In this document: piece by piece, positions 40,143-50,078 of the stretch | How the letters are laid out: the number at the start of each line of letters is the position of its first letter | How positions within the stretch are numbered: position 1 is the stretch's first letter | Source of the DNA: Syntrophales bacterium | GTDB taxonomy: Bacteria; Desulfobacterota; Syntrophia; Syntrophales; UBA2210 | Reading direction: 5' to 3' | Assembly: GCA_963662405.2 (NCBI GenBank) | Contig: CAXXKT010000001.1 | Location: 2,688,001-2,752,000 of the forward strand | Length of the DNA stretch: 64,000 nucleotides | Notes under the pieces: generated by a model | Told to the model about the DNA's origin: nothing | Database searches by the model: none | Seen by the model: the letters and a program-made list of their open reading frames with translations, nothing else | Made by a program: the position numbers and the translations under genes

Positions 40143-40412
40143 TCAGCTCATGCTATCTTGCGTCTGTCCCTTTTTGAACTTGATAACGTAGATATTATAG
40201 AGAATCAGCACGATTGTCCCAGCGATTACCAATATTAGACCTACAGATTTAACACGTACCGCCTCATACAGCAAAAGGATAGAGGCTATGAGCCTCATTA
40301 CAAAAAAGTTATAAGAAACGATAGATCTCCCTATCTTATGTGTTTCCCAGGCTTGATAAATCCAAGAAGCCAAAAAAAGGATTCCCCCTGATATTCCTGC
40401 TAGCTCGGCCAT
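40143..40412 (-). CDS. Small 3-TM protein, lipid-A-biosynthesis N-terminal (LAB_N)/SemiSWEET-like
   Basis: GGILFLASWIYQAWETHK.GRSIV..NFF..R.IASILLLY pattern. Confidence 0.7.
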   Translation of the reverse strand: MAELAGISGGILFLASWIYQAWETHKIGRSIVSYNFFVMRLIASILLLYEAVRVKSVGLILVIAGTIVLILYNIYVIKFKKGQTQDSMS

Positions 40413-40483
40413 AGTTCTTCGTTCCTTCTTCGTAAGTTAACTTCAGTTTATTCGGAATTTCAAAAAATGAATGTTTCCCGGTA

Positions 40484-41107
40484 TTATCGTTTTTGCCGAC
40501 GGTCCTCGCGCGGTGTAGCAATTACAATTATAAAAGGAAATACGATATAACTCCTGCAAACATCCACGTATGGCGCAATACACTGAGTAAATTCACTATA
40601 TCCCCAATGATTAATATGTTCGGGATGATTGCCGAAAGATCTAATGTTTCTGCCCCGTAAAAGGTTCATTATCCGAAACCAGGGTTCAAGAGGAACTGTT
40701 AAGAGAAGATGTCCTCGGCTTAAACGGGCCAATCGTTTCAAAAATCGAGACGGATCAACAATATGCTCGAGAACTTCCGATGCTATGACCAAATCAAAAC
40801 TATTATGCTGTACATTCCAATTAAACAGATCAACCTTTATAAATTCATACGATGGATACATTGCCCGAACCCTGTTCAGTGCATCTTCCCGAAGATCAAT
40901 ACCCACAAGAGATTTAAATGTAACGCCTCGTTTTTCCAGTTCCTGCAAGAAATATCCTTCTCCCGTCCCGAAGTCAAGGACGGTGTCGGGCTGAATGTGT
41001 TGGATATCTTTGGCCACTTTATCAAAAAACCTGCCAAGGACCAATTTTTGAAGCGGATTCCTGTTTTCATACTTTAACCGGTGTGGAGCAGCAGAATTGA
41101 GATACAT
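40484..41107 (-). CDS. Class I SAM-dependent methyltransferase
   Basis: LDFGTGEG, EVLEH, LTVP.EP and HPEHINHW. Confidence 0.9.
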   Translation of the reverse strand: MYLNSAAPHRLKYENRNPLQKLVLGRFFDKVAKDIQHIQPDTVLDFGTGEGYFLQELEKRGVTFKSLVGIDLREDALNRVRAMYPSYEFIKVDLFNWNVQHNSFDLVIASEVLEHIVDPSRFLKRLARLSRGHLLLTVPLEPWFRIMNLLRGRNIRSFGNHPEHINHWGYSEFTQCIAPYVDVCRSYIVFPFIIVIATPREDRRQKR

Positions 41108-41163
41108 ACCTGTTATAAACCTCTCCTTGTTGTTGTGAAGGCTTTCTAATTAAGGAACCGAGA

Positions 41164-41910
41164 TCAGAACTCTTTCTCAGCAACAACCAAAAGAGTTAAT
41201 CCAAGCGGGGGCCTGAACCTGTTTTCAAACACGGAAAACCAGAACCGAAGAAGAAACGATATAGTCCTTTGTGCGAACCCTTTATTTTCTCTTCGAAGAG
41301 ATTCATTGACCTGTCTTTCCAAAATATTCAGATAAAACCACGTCACGGGTACCCCTATAAAATTCCAGTATCTTATGCTCTGTATTCTGCAAGAGCTTGA
41401 ACTGAAAAGTCTTTGAATCATTTTTTTGTCATATCTTCGGTAATGGCCAACCTCAATATCCTTTGGGCCATAAAGTGAGGGCATTGCCGGAATTGTCAAG
41501 ATAAGCCTCCCTCCAGCTTTGAGCATATCTATCAATTCCGATAATGCACTTGCATCATCCTCAATATGTTCAATCACATCCAGGCATACGATCTGTCGGA
41601 AGGAATTCTGGTTTTGCGCTGAGAAATCGGAGATACTTGCTTTATAAACCGAATCAGAGCTTAATTTATATTTGGATAACATCGTTCGTCCCAAACGAAG
41701 CATCTCATCTGATGTGTCGATTGATATAACCCTAAATCCGTTTCTTAATAGGAAAAGCGTCAGACCGCAGGCTCCGCATCCCACATCCAGAACGGTGTCG
41801 TCTTTATCAAGAATTTGTATAATTAGCTTGTTTAATGCACTCACTCGAAAATCGTGTTCTTGCGCGGCGCTTATACGCTGCCAGTGATTATATAAACCGT
41901 TCTGGTCCAT
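41164..41910 (-). CDS. Class I SAM-dependent methyltransferase
   Basis: LDVGCG, LDVIEHIEDD and GHYRRY. Confidence 0.9.
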   Translation of the reverse strand: MDQNGLYNHWQRISAAQEHDFRVSALNKLIIQILDKDDTVLDVGCGACGLTLFLLRNGFRVISIDTSDEMLRLGRTMLSKYKLSSDSVYKASISDFSAQNQNSFRQIVCLDVIEHIEDDASALSELIDMLKAGGRLILTIPAMPSLYGPKDIEVGHYRRYDKKMIQRLFSSSSCRIQSIRYWNFIGVPVTWFYLNILERQVNESLRRENKGFAQRTISFLLRFWFSVFENRFRPPLGLTLLVVAEKEF

Positions 41911-42065
41911 ATCCTATACTTTCAACTCCAATTTTTCTCGTGTATGTGGACTTTATGAAAATCCTTTGTTCAGAGGCAGGGTATGCTGACCTCTACCTGA
42001 AGCCGACCACTTCGCACCGCGTCGTTCGGATTCACTTACTGTTGATGATTCCTGAGGTGTGAAAC

Positions 42066-42998
42066 TTACTGATTTAAGGTCAATTCTATAAGATCATCCC
42101 CGGAATGATTCTGTGTATGGTGAGTCACCATTTCCGCTATCAAACCTGCTGAAATAATCTGACATCCCATCAAAAGAAGGAGGACTCCGAGCATAAGGAG
42201 GGGCCTCTCGCCGATCGACTCACCCATAAGCCATAAGACAGAAAGATAACTACATATGCCAAATCCGGCCAATGAAAATAACAGTCCAAACCATCCGAAG
42301 AAATGCATCGGCCGTTTAAGATATCTCGTGATGAATACTACCGTGATAAAGTCAAAAAGCCCGTGGAAAAACCTTTCAATCCCGTACTTTGATTTGCCAA
42401 AGGACCTTTCATGATGTTCGATGGGAATCTCTGAGACCTTCCATCCCGCCGCGTGGGCAACGGCAGGTATGTACCGGTGCAGATCGCCATACAACGAGAG
42501 CCCTTTTGCTACGGATTTCCGATATGCCTTGAATCCGCAGTTATGGTCGTGCAGTTTAAGGCCCGAAAACAAATTAATCATAAAATTGAACAGTCTTGAG
42601 GGCAGGTTCTTACTCAGCACCGGATCTTTTCGTTTATGTTTCCAGCCTGAAATCAAATCATAGCCCTCTTCGAGTTTTGCGAGAAAACGGGGGATCTCTT
42701 TGGGGTCATCCTGAAGATCCGCATCCATTGTGAAAATGATATCCCCTTCAGCCACGCGAAAGCCTTCATTCAGCGCAATGGATTTACCGAAATTTCTCCG
42801 AAGTTTTATGACCCTGACCTTAGGGTCATTTCGCGCCAACTCGTGCATTATTTCAAAGGATGTATCGGAACTTCCGTCGTCTACGAGTACGATTTCAAAA
42901 TCGTTTGTTACACCCACCATTTGAGTGCAAATCTCTTCATAAAGGGCATTTAGGCTTCCCGCTTCATTGAACGTAGGGATAACAAAAGAAATATCCAT
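42066..42998 (-). CDS. GT2 polyprenyl-phosphate glycosyltransferase (ArnC/GtrB/DPM-like)
   Basis: VDDGSSD, RRNFGKS, MDADLQDDP and two C-terminal TMs. Confidence 0.93.
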   Translation of the reverse strand: MDISFVIPTFNEAGSLNALYEEICTQMVGVTNDFEIVLVDDGSSDTSFEIMHELARNDPKVRVIKLRRNFGKSIALNEGFRVAEGDIIFTMDADLQDDPKEIPRFLAKLEEGYDLISGWKHKRKDPVLSKNLPSRLFNFMINLFSGLKLHDHNCGFKAYRKSVAKGLSLYGDLHRYIPAVAHAAGWKVSEIPIEHHERSFGKSKYGIERFFHGLFDFITVVFITRYLKRPMHFFGWFGLLFSLAGFGICSYLSVLWLMGESIGERPLLMLGVLLLLMGCQIISAGLIAEMVTHHTQNHSGDDLIELTLNQ

Positions 42999-43097
42999 TT
43001 TATCTCCTTCACAAGGTACGGTTGGTGTGTTTGTAGCTGCAGCTATTAGCAGGGTTAAGGGAGCGGCAGTTTTGCAAAAAAAGTGGTTAAATTTTAG

Positions 43098-44981
43098 CTA
43101 CGGGGACTTCGTGCCGCCCCGATAGGCTAAAGAAAAAGACAGATCTCTCGTATCTTTGCTCTTTGTGATTTTTGACGGGATTCCGGACTTATCCGCTTTA
43201 AAGCGTATCAATATCCATTTATCTCCTGATTCCGAGGTATTTATTTCAAGAGAGAAAGGGGCCTGTGCCACCCGTTCATTGTCCCCGATATGTAGTTTTA
43301 CCATTGTGCCCGGCATATAACTGTTCACTGAAAAACGTTCTATTTTCCGACTGTTCCTTAACAAAAGGGCGGACTCCTTTTTTGACCATACGTGTGTTTT
43401 CTCGCTTTGGTAAAACCCGGTGTTCAGTAAAACGGGTTTGCCGTTTACGGTAGTTTCCCTGAAAAGATCAGAGGAGCTCGAAACCTCAATCCATTTGCTC
43501 AAATTTGTTATATTTTGTGCCTGTACCGCGAAACGTTTCCCTTTGAGATCAATGAGATAATCATATCTCGCCTCTCGGGGCGGTGATGGGTACATATGTC
43601 TGTTTACCATTTTATCGCCTGTTATATAAGGTTGAAGTTGTATTTGGTTTTTTTCGAAGGGCATCACTCCTTGAATGTGTCCACTTTTGACAATATCTAT
43701 GTGTGCCCGCTCCGGCTCAAGATGGTGCTTGTACACAAATATAATGCTCAATCCCAGTGTTAGAAGGGATAAGACAACGACTTTTTTCTTTTTCAGTTTA
43801 AGCCCCCCAAGAGGCAGCACTAGAAAGGGGAACACCTGCAAAAAATAACGGTTGCCAAGAGATTGCCCGCCACCGTAGTAATTCGTATGAAAGAGGGCTA
43901 CATAGAAAAGAATGTACAAAAAAATACCGATAAGCGGCGCAGCGAGAAGTTGCAAATCGGGTTTATTCATTATACGGAGGATTGAGAGTGTGATTATGAG
44001 GAAAGCAAAGGGAATAAAAACGACCATTCCCGTATAGGCGCCAAAGAAATAGTAGTAGAAGGATCGGGCCTTTTCTCCTGCCTCCGAGGTGTCGAGTACC
44101 CTCTTGATGACTCCCGGCATATCGAAGTGACGACCCGTGTCAATCGCATGGTAAGAAGACGGTGGCCTATTGCTGTCAAAGGTAAACTGATTTGACATGG
44201 TTGAATAAAAGCGGTTCCCCTTATAGGGATTCCAGCTTTTGTAGTCTGAATAATGGAGATACGGAAGAATGAACAAAAAAAATCCAACCAAGAATAACAG
44301 AGCAAAAGTTCCAACCACGCGAATGCCCCGATTCTTTAAAAAATAAAAAAAAAGAACGGGAAAAATCACCAGTATAGCCGGGGGCTTCTCTGAGACGATA
44401 AAGGCCGTCACCAGGCAGAGGGCTGTAAAATACAGTTTGTTTGGTTGATCAAAAAGTTTTGTCAGAAGAAAAACAAATATGGAACTGAGGAGGGCCAGAA
44501 AGAGGTCGGAATGTACGTAAAATACATACATGTATACATATGAGAAGAATGTGAACGAAATGGTCAGAAGAACGGATTCCATCTTCTCGTAAAAGACCCG
44601 CAACGTCAAAAATATGAAAACGTTGATCAGTCCGAATATCAATACGTTTCCGACAGCGAACCCGGCCGTTCCGAAGAGGAAAATAAATACCGCGAGAAAA
44701 AGGGAATACCCGTATGGCTTTGCAAAGGCATACCCTTCTTGATAGCTTTGAAAAAACAAACCGTCAGGATTTTTGCTCCAGTTCAGTTCTTTCCAGTATT
44801 TGCCGTCACGCTCATCGTATTTCAGATCTAAATCGTGTGCGATGCTCAGTGCCTGTAATGCATGAGAGGACGCATCACCGACTAACGGATATTCGGTCAT
44901 GTGAAAATTCAATCCCATTGCCGTCAATATCAGCGATAATGTGACCAGCAATACGATGTTTATAAACAGGTTTTTGCTCAT
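43098..44981 (-). CDS. Polytopic membrane protein, probable GT-C fold glycosyltransferase
   Basis: TM1 followed by an acidic loop (GDASSH...DLD), about 11 TMs, GNRYF, soluble C-terminal domain. Confidence 0.7.
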   Translation of the reverse strand: MSKNLFINIVLLVTLSLILTAMGLNFHMTEYPLVGDASSHALQALSIAHDLDLKYDERDGKYWKELNWSKNPDGLFFQSYQEGYAFAKPYGYSLFLAVFIFLFGTAGFAVGNVLIFGLINVFIFLTLRVFYEKMESVLLTISFTFFSYVYMYVFYVHSDLFLALLSSIFVFLLTKLFDQPNKLYFTALCLVTAFIVSEKPPAILVIFPVLFFYFLKNRGIRVVGTFALLFLVGFFLFILPYLHYSDYKSWNPYKGNRFYSTMSNQFTFDSNRPPSSYHAIDTGRHFDMPGVIKRVLDTSEAGEKARSFYYYFFGAYTGMVVFIPFAFLIITLSILRIMNKPDLQLLAAPLIGIFLYILFYVALFHTNYYGGGQSLGNRYFLQVFPFLVLPLGGLKLKKKKVVVLSLLTLGLSIIFVYKHHLEPERAHIDIVKSGHIQGVMPFEKNQIQLQPYITGDKMVNRHMYPSPPREARYDYLIDLKGKRFAVQAQNITNLSKWIEVSSSSDLFRETTVNGKPVLLNTGFYQSEKTHVWSKKESALLLRNSRKIERFSVNSYMPGTMVKLHIGDNERVAQAPFSLEINTSESGDKWILIRFKADKSGIPSKITKSKDTRDLSFSLAYRGGTKSP

Positions 44982-45018
44982 TCGTTTTGTTGGGAAGACA
45001 GTGAGTCACAGAATTTTT

Positions 45019-46248
45019 TCATTTGTATAAATATTCACCTGCTGCTTTAAAAATAGATCCGGCACAGTTTTCCCAGGTCATGGGTTTATATTCATTTTTA
45101 ATTTTATTCTCCCGCGCTGTGAGATCGTCTGTGTGATCAACGTACCATTTGATTCTCTCGGCCCATTTAGACATATCCCTGGGATCGATGTACTCAACGA
45201 GTGTGCCCCCGACTTCCGGAATAGACGCCGCACTGGATGACAAACAGAATTTCCCGTATGCAAGGCTCTCCGCTACAGGGAGGCCCCAACCCTCATATAA
45301 CGAGGGGAAGACCGTGAACATCGCATTCAAATAGAGATTGGCCAGGTCATTATCTGAGATATGGTTAAGGATTCGAATATATGGTTTGGTTTGCTTATCC
45401 GATAGCAACGCTGCCATTAACTTTTCAACCCCCCAACCCTGCATTCCAACGAACACAAGCAGGGGGAGATCTTTGTTCCTCCTGTCAAGCAAGTGCTTAT
45501 AAGCACGGTATAAAGTTTCGTGATTCTTGCGACTCTCAATGGTGGACACGAACAGGATGAAACGATGTCTGCATATTTTCTCAACGGCGGGAGACGGGTG
45601 TGTACCTGTACCTGTATTTGCTAAAATATTACTCCCGAGTTGCACGACATCAAGGGCAGGAATCGGTGCTCCAACGGTTTCTAAGAACTCCTTGAGATCT
45701 CTACGCGAGCATTCCGAGATGCAGAGAATCTTGTCTGCGCACCAGGCTGCGTTAGAAAAATATTCGGGGAATTTTTGGGGAACACCATCAACACAATATT
45801 GCGGCATGAGAATCGGAATAATGTCATAACAAAAAAGTATTACCTTTAAACGTAGCCGCGTTTTTAACTCATAGAGAAACACCAAGTCCTTTTGATCCCA
45901 ATCAAGACCCAGGGAAATGTAAACGTCTCCAGTATCAAAAGGCTGCACAAAACCCCGAGGCAACGTACACGGAAACTTCGATGATTCCCCCGCGTTTGAC
46001 AGGCCGGAATGGTGAGTCAAGGGTGGACCTGCCTGTCCCCCTGCATCAAGCCGCATCAGGGCAGTGCCCATCTCTTCATCATTGATTTCGAAGTACCTCT
46101 TCGTCCCGCGATCGAAGCGACAAAACCTCACGCACTGATTCCCGGCACTCAAAAAATATCGTGCTGCTTCAGCTTCCACACGAACGACTCCCAACGCTGG
46201 ACGCTCCCATCCAAGCGTTGTGGTGGCGTCAAACCAGATACTCATCAC
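45019..46248 (-). CDS. GT4 glycosyltransferase
   Basis: YDIIP, STIESRKNH and PSLYEGWGLPVAE. Confidence 0.92.
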   Translation of the reverse strand: MMSIWFDATTTLGWERPALGVVRVEAEAARYFLSAGNQCVRFCRFDRGTKRYFEINDEEMGTALMRLDAGGQAGPPLTHHSGLSNAGESSKFPCTLPRGFVQPFDTGDVYISLGLDWDQKDLVFLYELKTRLRLKVILFCYDIIPILMPQYCVDGVPQKFPEYFSNAAWCADKILCISECSRRDLKEFLETVGAPIPALDVVQLGSNILANTGTGTHPSPAVEKICRHRFILFVSTIESRKNHETLYRAYKHLLDRRNKDLPLLVFVGMQGWGVEKLMAALLSDKQTKPYIRILNHISDNDLANLYLNAMFTVFPSLYEGWGLPVAESLAYGKFCLSSSAASIPEVGGTLVEYIDPRDMSKWAERIKWYVDHTDDLTARENKIKNEYKPMTWENCAGSIFKAAGEYLYK

Positions 46249-49200
46249 ACATTCCTTCGAGCTGACAGCATTTTTAACACTTCTCGCGGCAGTTCACGCA
46301 ATGACGTCTCCCATGTAAGTTGTTCGCGCAAATTCCGGTGAATATCCACATCATGATCTATCTCTTGTGGGGTTCCAAGAACCTTACGTATTGCAGACTG
46401 AAAATCTTTCGGTGTGTCTGCCACGTGCACTCCGGGAAGAGAACGGTAGGTTTCAAATCCCCGAAGGGCCATACTTGTGCATACTACCGGCTTACCTGAA
46501 TAAAGTGCCTCGGCTGTTTTGATATTTGATCCTCCACCGGCGCCAATGGGAAGGATAAAAGCGTGTGCAAGACTTTTTACCGCGGCCAGGTCATCATCTT
46601 CAAGAACTCCCAGTACTTGAATTTTAGACAGATTGAGCTCACGCCATCGTGATTTTGAAAGTGCTTGTTTAAGGTGCGTACCGACACCTCCGACTACAAC
46701 CAATTTTGATCCGGGAGGAATAAACCCCAAAGCGTCCCCGGCAGACCTGATAAACCCTTGATAATTTGGCGGGTGTGCGCTTGCAATGACGATTGGCCAG
46801 GGCTGCTTTGGCAGCTTGGTTTGCCAGAAGTCAATTTTCACAGAATTTATAGGCCAGGGGCTGATCCCGTTAGGGGCTACCAGTAAATTTGAGGCCCCAT
46901 AGCCACGCAAGATTTCGGCATCCTCGTGAGTGACTGCTACAGTTAAATCGGACTCCCGTGCCGCTGCGCCCTCTATCGTGGAGATCTCGGTAATCACGGT
47001 GTCCACAACGCTACTCTCAATTGATGTTCCCAGAATTTCGCGCTTCATTGGTGCCTCAATATTTTGTGAGCTGAACACCACGACGGAGTTTCTACATCTG
47101 GGCACTTCGCGCTTGAGACGTTTCGCAAGCGGATGAAACCATGGTTGCTCCACTATAATTGCGTCAATGTCAAATTCAATGCTGTTTGCTACCTGTCTGA
47201 AGGCATGTTTGTTCGATACGGAAAAGGATGACATGATGAAATCGGAGAGTGCCGGAATAAGTTTCCCCTGATAGAGCCGGTGTGGGCTATCCGAAGGAAA
47301 AGGAACGTCATTCTTGCCAATCTCGGCTGCTCCATAGGCTTCTGCCTGATAAAACCCAATTGATCGTACCATGAAACCGGCTTCTTCAAATGCCGTCCTG
47401 ACAGCTTCTGTTCGCAGCTGCCCGCCGTGACGTGGCTGAAGGATCGGGTATGGAGATAAAAGGAGTACGCTCGGTTGTTTTGCGCCTGTTTTTAGCAAAC
47501 CTTTCCAGTTTTTGGGCTTTAAAGATGAGGCGCCATAATTTCGTGATACACCCTTTCCCCCCAGTATCGCCTCGATAAACTGACCGGAGCTCTCCGACCA
47601 AGTCAGAAATTTAATGCCTGATGACAACGGAACTCGGCCCTTTGCATGCATGGAAAGCCATTCTTTTAGGGCGGACGCAAGCATCCCCGGTGCTGTGCCT
47701 GAAAAATAAAAGGCGCTTTCACCCGCTATTTCTCTGAATACAGGAAGATCTCTTGCGATAATTGGCAACTTGTATCGCGCCGCCTCGATGAGTGGCAATC
47801 CGAATCCCTCACCCTCTGAAGATGCAAGCAAACATGCTGAGGCTTCATAGATTCTCTGAAGATACTCATCACTTATCCCCTCAAGCCACAGCAAACGATT
47901 CCCAAGCTCCGCGTGATTTCTTATAGCCTCGATCAACGGGTCGACTTGCCAACCACTTTTGCCGACAATAACTAGTCCAACATCTATGTCTTGACGCCAT
48001 AATAGCTCAAAAGCAGATAGGGCTTGTTTGTAACCCTTTCTGGGCTCGATAGTCCCGACCATCAGAAAGGTCGGTCTTGATTTTATCAACGACAAGACTT
48101 CCCCGGCGTTGTCAGGAAGTCCACCGGTGGGAGCCGAATTTTCAATGTCGGCACCGAGATGAAACCAACGCAGGGCAAAGGGACGTAAAGAAGATTTTTG
48201 TCTGGCATCCATCCAACTGCGCAACTCATTGGCAACCGCCCTCGAAATACAAATTGCACCGTCGCTATCGGATACAACGTCAAGCCATCTGGCATGGCCT
48301 TCACTTTGAGCCAATGGAAATGCCTCTGGAATGGTAATGGGCAAAAGGTCATACACTACGAAGAAAACCTTGACACCTTGCTGGCGAAGAAATTGATAAT
48401 AATCGCGGCATTCAGGGACGATCTGTGGTTGAAGATCAAGGCCTACGAAGATGTCTCCGCATTGCGGCTCAATCAGTGGATCCCCCTTGTTTTCAATACC
48501 TTCACCCAGAAACATATGTGTAAACCTGTTCGCCCGTCTATAATTCCGGCTGCCTGGGATCGAATAAACGGCTTCCACATCATATCCCGACGGTGGACCC
48601 GATAAAAGTTCGCGCAGGATAGCGCGTGTGACACGCTGGATTCCCGAGCCGGAATCGCGTTGCACTAACTCGGAGATATCTACATATATGCTCTTTTGCC
48701 GTCCCGGCGCGGGGTGATTTATAGCAATCGAAGAAGATATCCTTGCACAATCGGCTTCAGTGAGTTTATTGGGGTTGGTTGTATTTGCGATGGCGTAAAG
48801 CAATCGCTGAACAACTTCCCCTTTTCCAAACTTGGGGGAAAATCTCTTTTGCCCTTCATCGTACAGTTGTTCTAAGGCAGCAATCGCACGTTTTGCCGAC
48901 TCATCCCACGAAAATTTCTTTGACTGTTTTTTGCCGTACCCTGACAATTCAGTCCTGAAAGGTTCATTTTCAAGGGTATATATTAATTTGTTTTTAATCG
49001 CACCCACATCAAGCGGATCAAACAGGGAATCATTACGCCCAATCACTTCGGGCACACTAGTGGTGTTCGATCCGATGACCGCTGCACCACAAGCCATGGC
49101 TTCAAGGGCCGGCAGGCCGAATCCCTCCTGAAGAGATGGAAAGACAAATACCCTGCAGAGGTTGTAAAGCTTAGCAAGCACTTCGTCCTCAACATATCCC

Positions 49201-50078
49201 GTAAAAACAAGCTCGTCTTTGCGCAATCCTCTCGATGTTGCCTCATTTTTTAAAAGGTCTGTATTGTATTGAGGCATTTTTCCCGCGAAAACGAGTTGAT
49301 GATTTTGGCGGAGTGTTACGGGAAGCCGGGCGTAAGCTTGAATCAGACGGTGCAGGTTTTTACGACCGTCTGCCCCACCGGAATAGAGGACGAAGGGTTG
49401 GGAAATGTGATAGTCGTTTAATAGCGCTTGCTTGCTTTCTTCCGTGATTACAAGTGGCCTGAACACGGAGGTGTCACAGGCGGTAGAGATATTAATGACA
49501 CGGTCTGATTCAAACCCGAGTGTCTCACATCCCTCCTGAGCTGCTGACGCCGAAATCGCCAACCACAAATCAGCTTTTTTAAAACTTTCTATCTTACGGA
49601 GATAATTGTCCTGATATGTCGGGTTGCCGGTAAGGTATGTTTCGGGATTGAGCAGGGGGATCAGATCGTAAAGAATTACCGCCGTGTTGAGCAGCGGAGC
49701 AAATTTGCCGATGCCGGTTACCGCATCATCTATATACCCTTCGAATAGGCTGGTGACCAGTACCACGTCCGGTTGCAGGCTGGCAAGAAATGCCTCGCGA
49801 ATAAGTTCCGCCGTCTCGCGCCGAGACTCATTGCCCGACGTATAATCCCGTACAGGGCCGGGTGCGTGCCAGACGCGGATGTTTTCCTGTGGGAGAAGAT
49901 TGTCAAAAGCGGCACGGATGGGTTCAATGGTGTTGGGAAAAAGCCCGTTGAGCGCAAGTATGATTTCTCGCTCGTCCCTGTTGCGCACAATGGCTTGAGC
50001 CAGAGACAGGGCATAGCGGCCGATACCCCGAAAACGGCTTTCGGTTTGAGCACCTTGGAGATCAATAACAATCCGCAT
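46245..50078 (-). CDS. wbdA: Three-domain GT4 polymerase, WbdA-like
   Basis: N-terminus MRIVIDLQGAQTESRFRGIGRY resembles enterobacterial O8/O9 WbdA as I recall it; two EGFGLP motifs plus a third GT-B domain. Confidence 0.85.
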   Translation of the reverse strand: MRIVIDLQGAQTESRFRGIGRYALSLAQAIVRNRDEREIILALNGLFPNTIEPIRAAFDNLLPQENIRVWHAPGPVRDYTSGNESRRETAELIREAFLASLQPDVVLVTSLFEGYIDDAVTGIGKFAPLLNTAVILYDLIPLLNPETYLTGNPTYQDNYLRKIESFKKADLWLAISASAAQEGCETLGFESDRVINISTACDTSVFRPLVITEESKQALLNDYHISQPFVLYSGGADGRKNLHRLIQAYARLPVTLRQNHQLVFAGKMPQYNTDLLKNEATSRGLRKDELVFTGYVEDEVLAKLYNLCRVFVFPSLQEGFGLPALEAMACGAAVIGSNTTSVPEVIGRNDSLFDPLDVGAIKNKLIYTLENEPFRTELSGYGKKQSKKFSWDESAKRAIAALEQLYDEGQKRFSPKFGKGEVVQRLLYAIANTTNPNKLTEADCARISSSIAINHPAPGRQKSIYVDISELVQRDSGSGIQRVTRAILRELLSGPPSGYDVEAVYSIPGSRNYRRANRFTHMFLGEGIENKGDPLIEPQCGDIFVGLDLQPQIVPECRDYYQFLRQQGVKVFFVVYDLLPITIPEAFPLAQSEGHARWLDVVSDSDGAICISRAVANELRSWMDARQKSSLRPFALRWFHLGADIENSAPTGGLPDNAGEVLSLIKSRPTFLMVGTIEPRKGYKQALSAFELLWRQDIDVGLVIVGKSGWQVDPLIEAIRNHAELGNRLLWLEGISDEYLQRIYEASACLLASSEGEGFGLPLIEAARYKLPIIARDLPVFREIAGESAFYFSGTAPGMLASALKEWLSMHAKGRVPLSSGIKFLTWSESSGQFIEAILGGKGVSRNYGASSLKPKNWKGLLKTGAKQPSVLLLSPYPILQPRHGGQLRTEAVRTAFEEAGFMVRSIGFYQAEAYGAAEIGKNDVPFPSDSPHRLYQGKLIPALSDFIMSSFSVSNKHAFRQVANSIEFDIDAIIVEQPWFHPLAKRLKREVPRCRNSVVVFSSQNIEAPMKREILGTSIESSVVDTVITEISTIEGAAARESDLTVAVTHEDAEILRGYGASNLLVAPNGISPWPINSVKIDFWQTKLPKQPWPIVIASAHPPNYQGFIRSAGDALGFIPPGSKLVVVGGVGTHLKQALSKSRWRELNLSKIQVLGVLEDDDLAAVKSLAHAFILPIGAGGGSNIKTAEALYSGKPVVCTSMALRGFETYRSLPGVHVADTPKDFQSAIRKVLGTPQEIDHDVDIHRNLREQLTWETSLRELPREVLKMLSARRNV

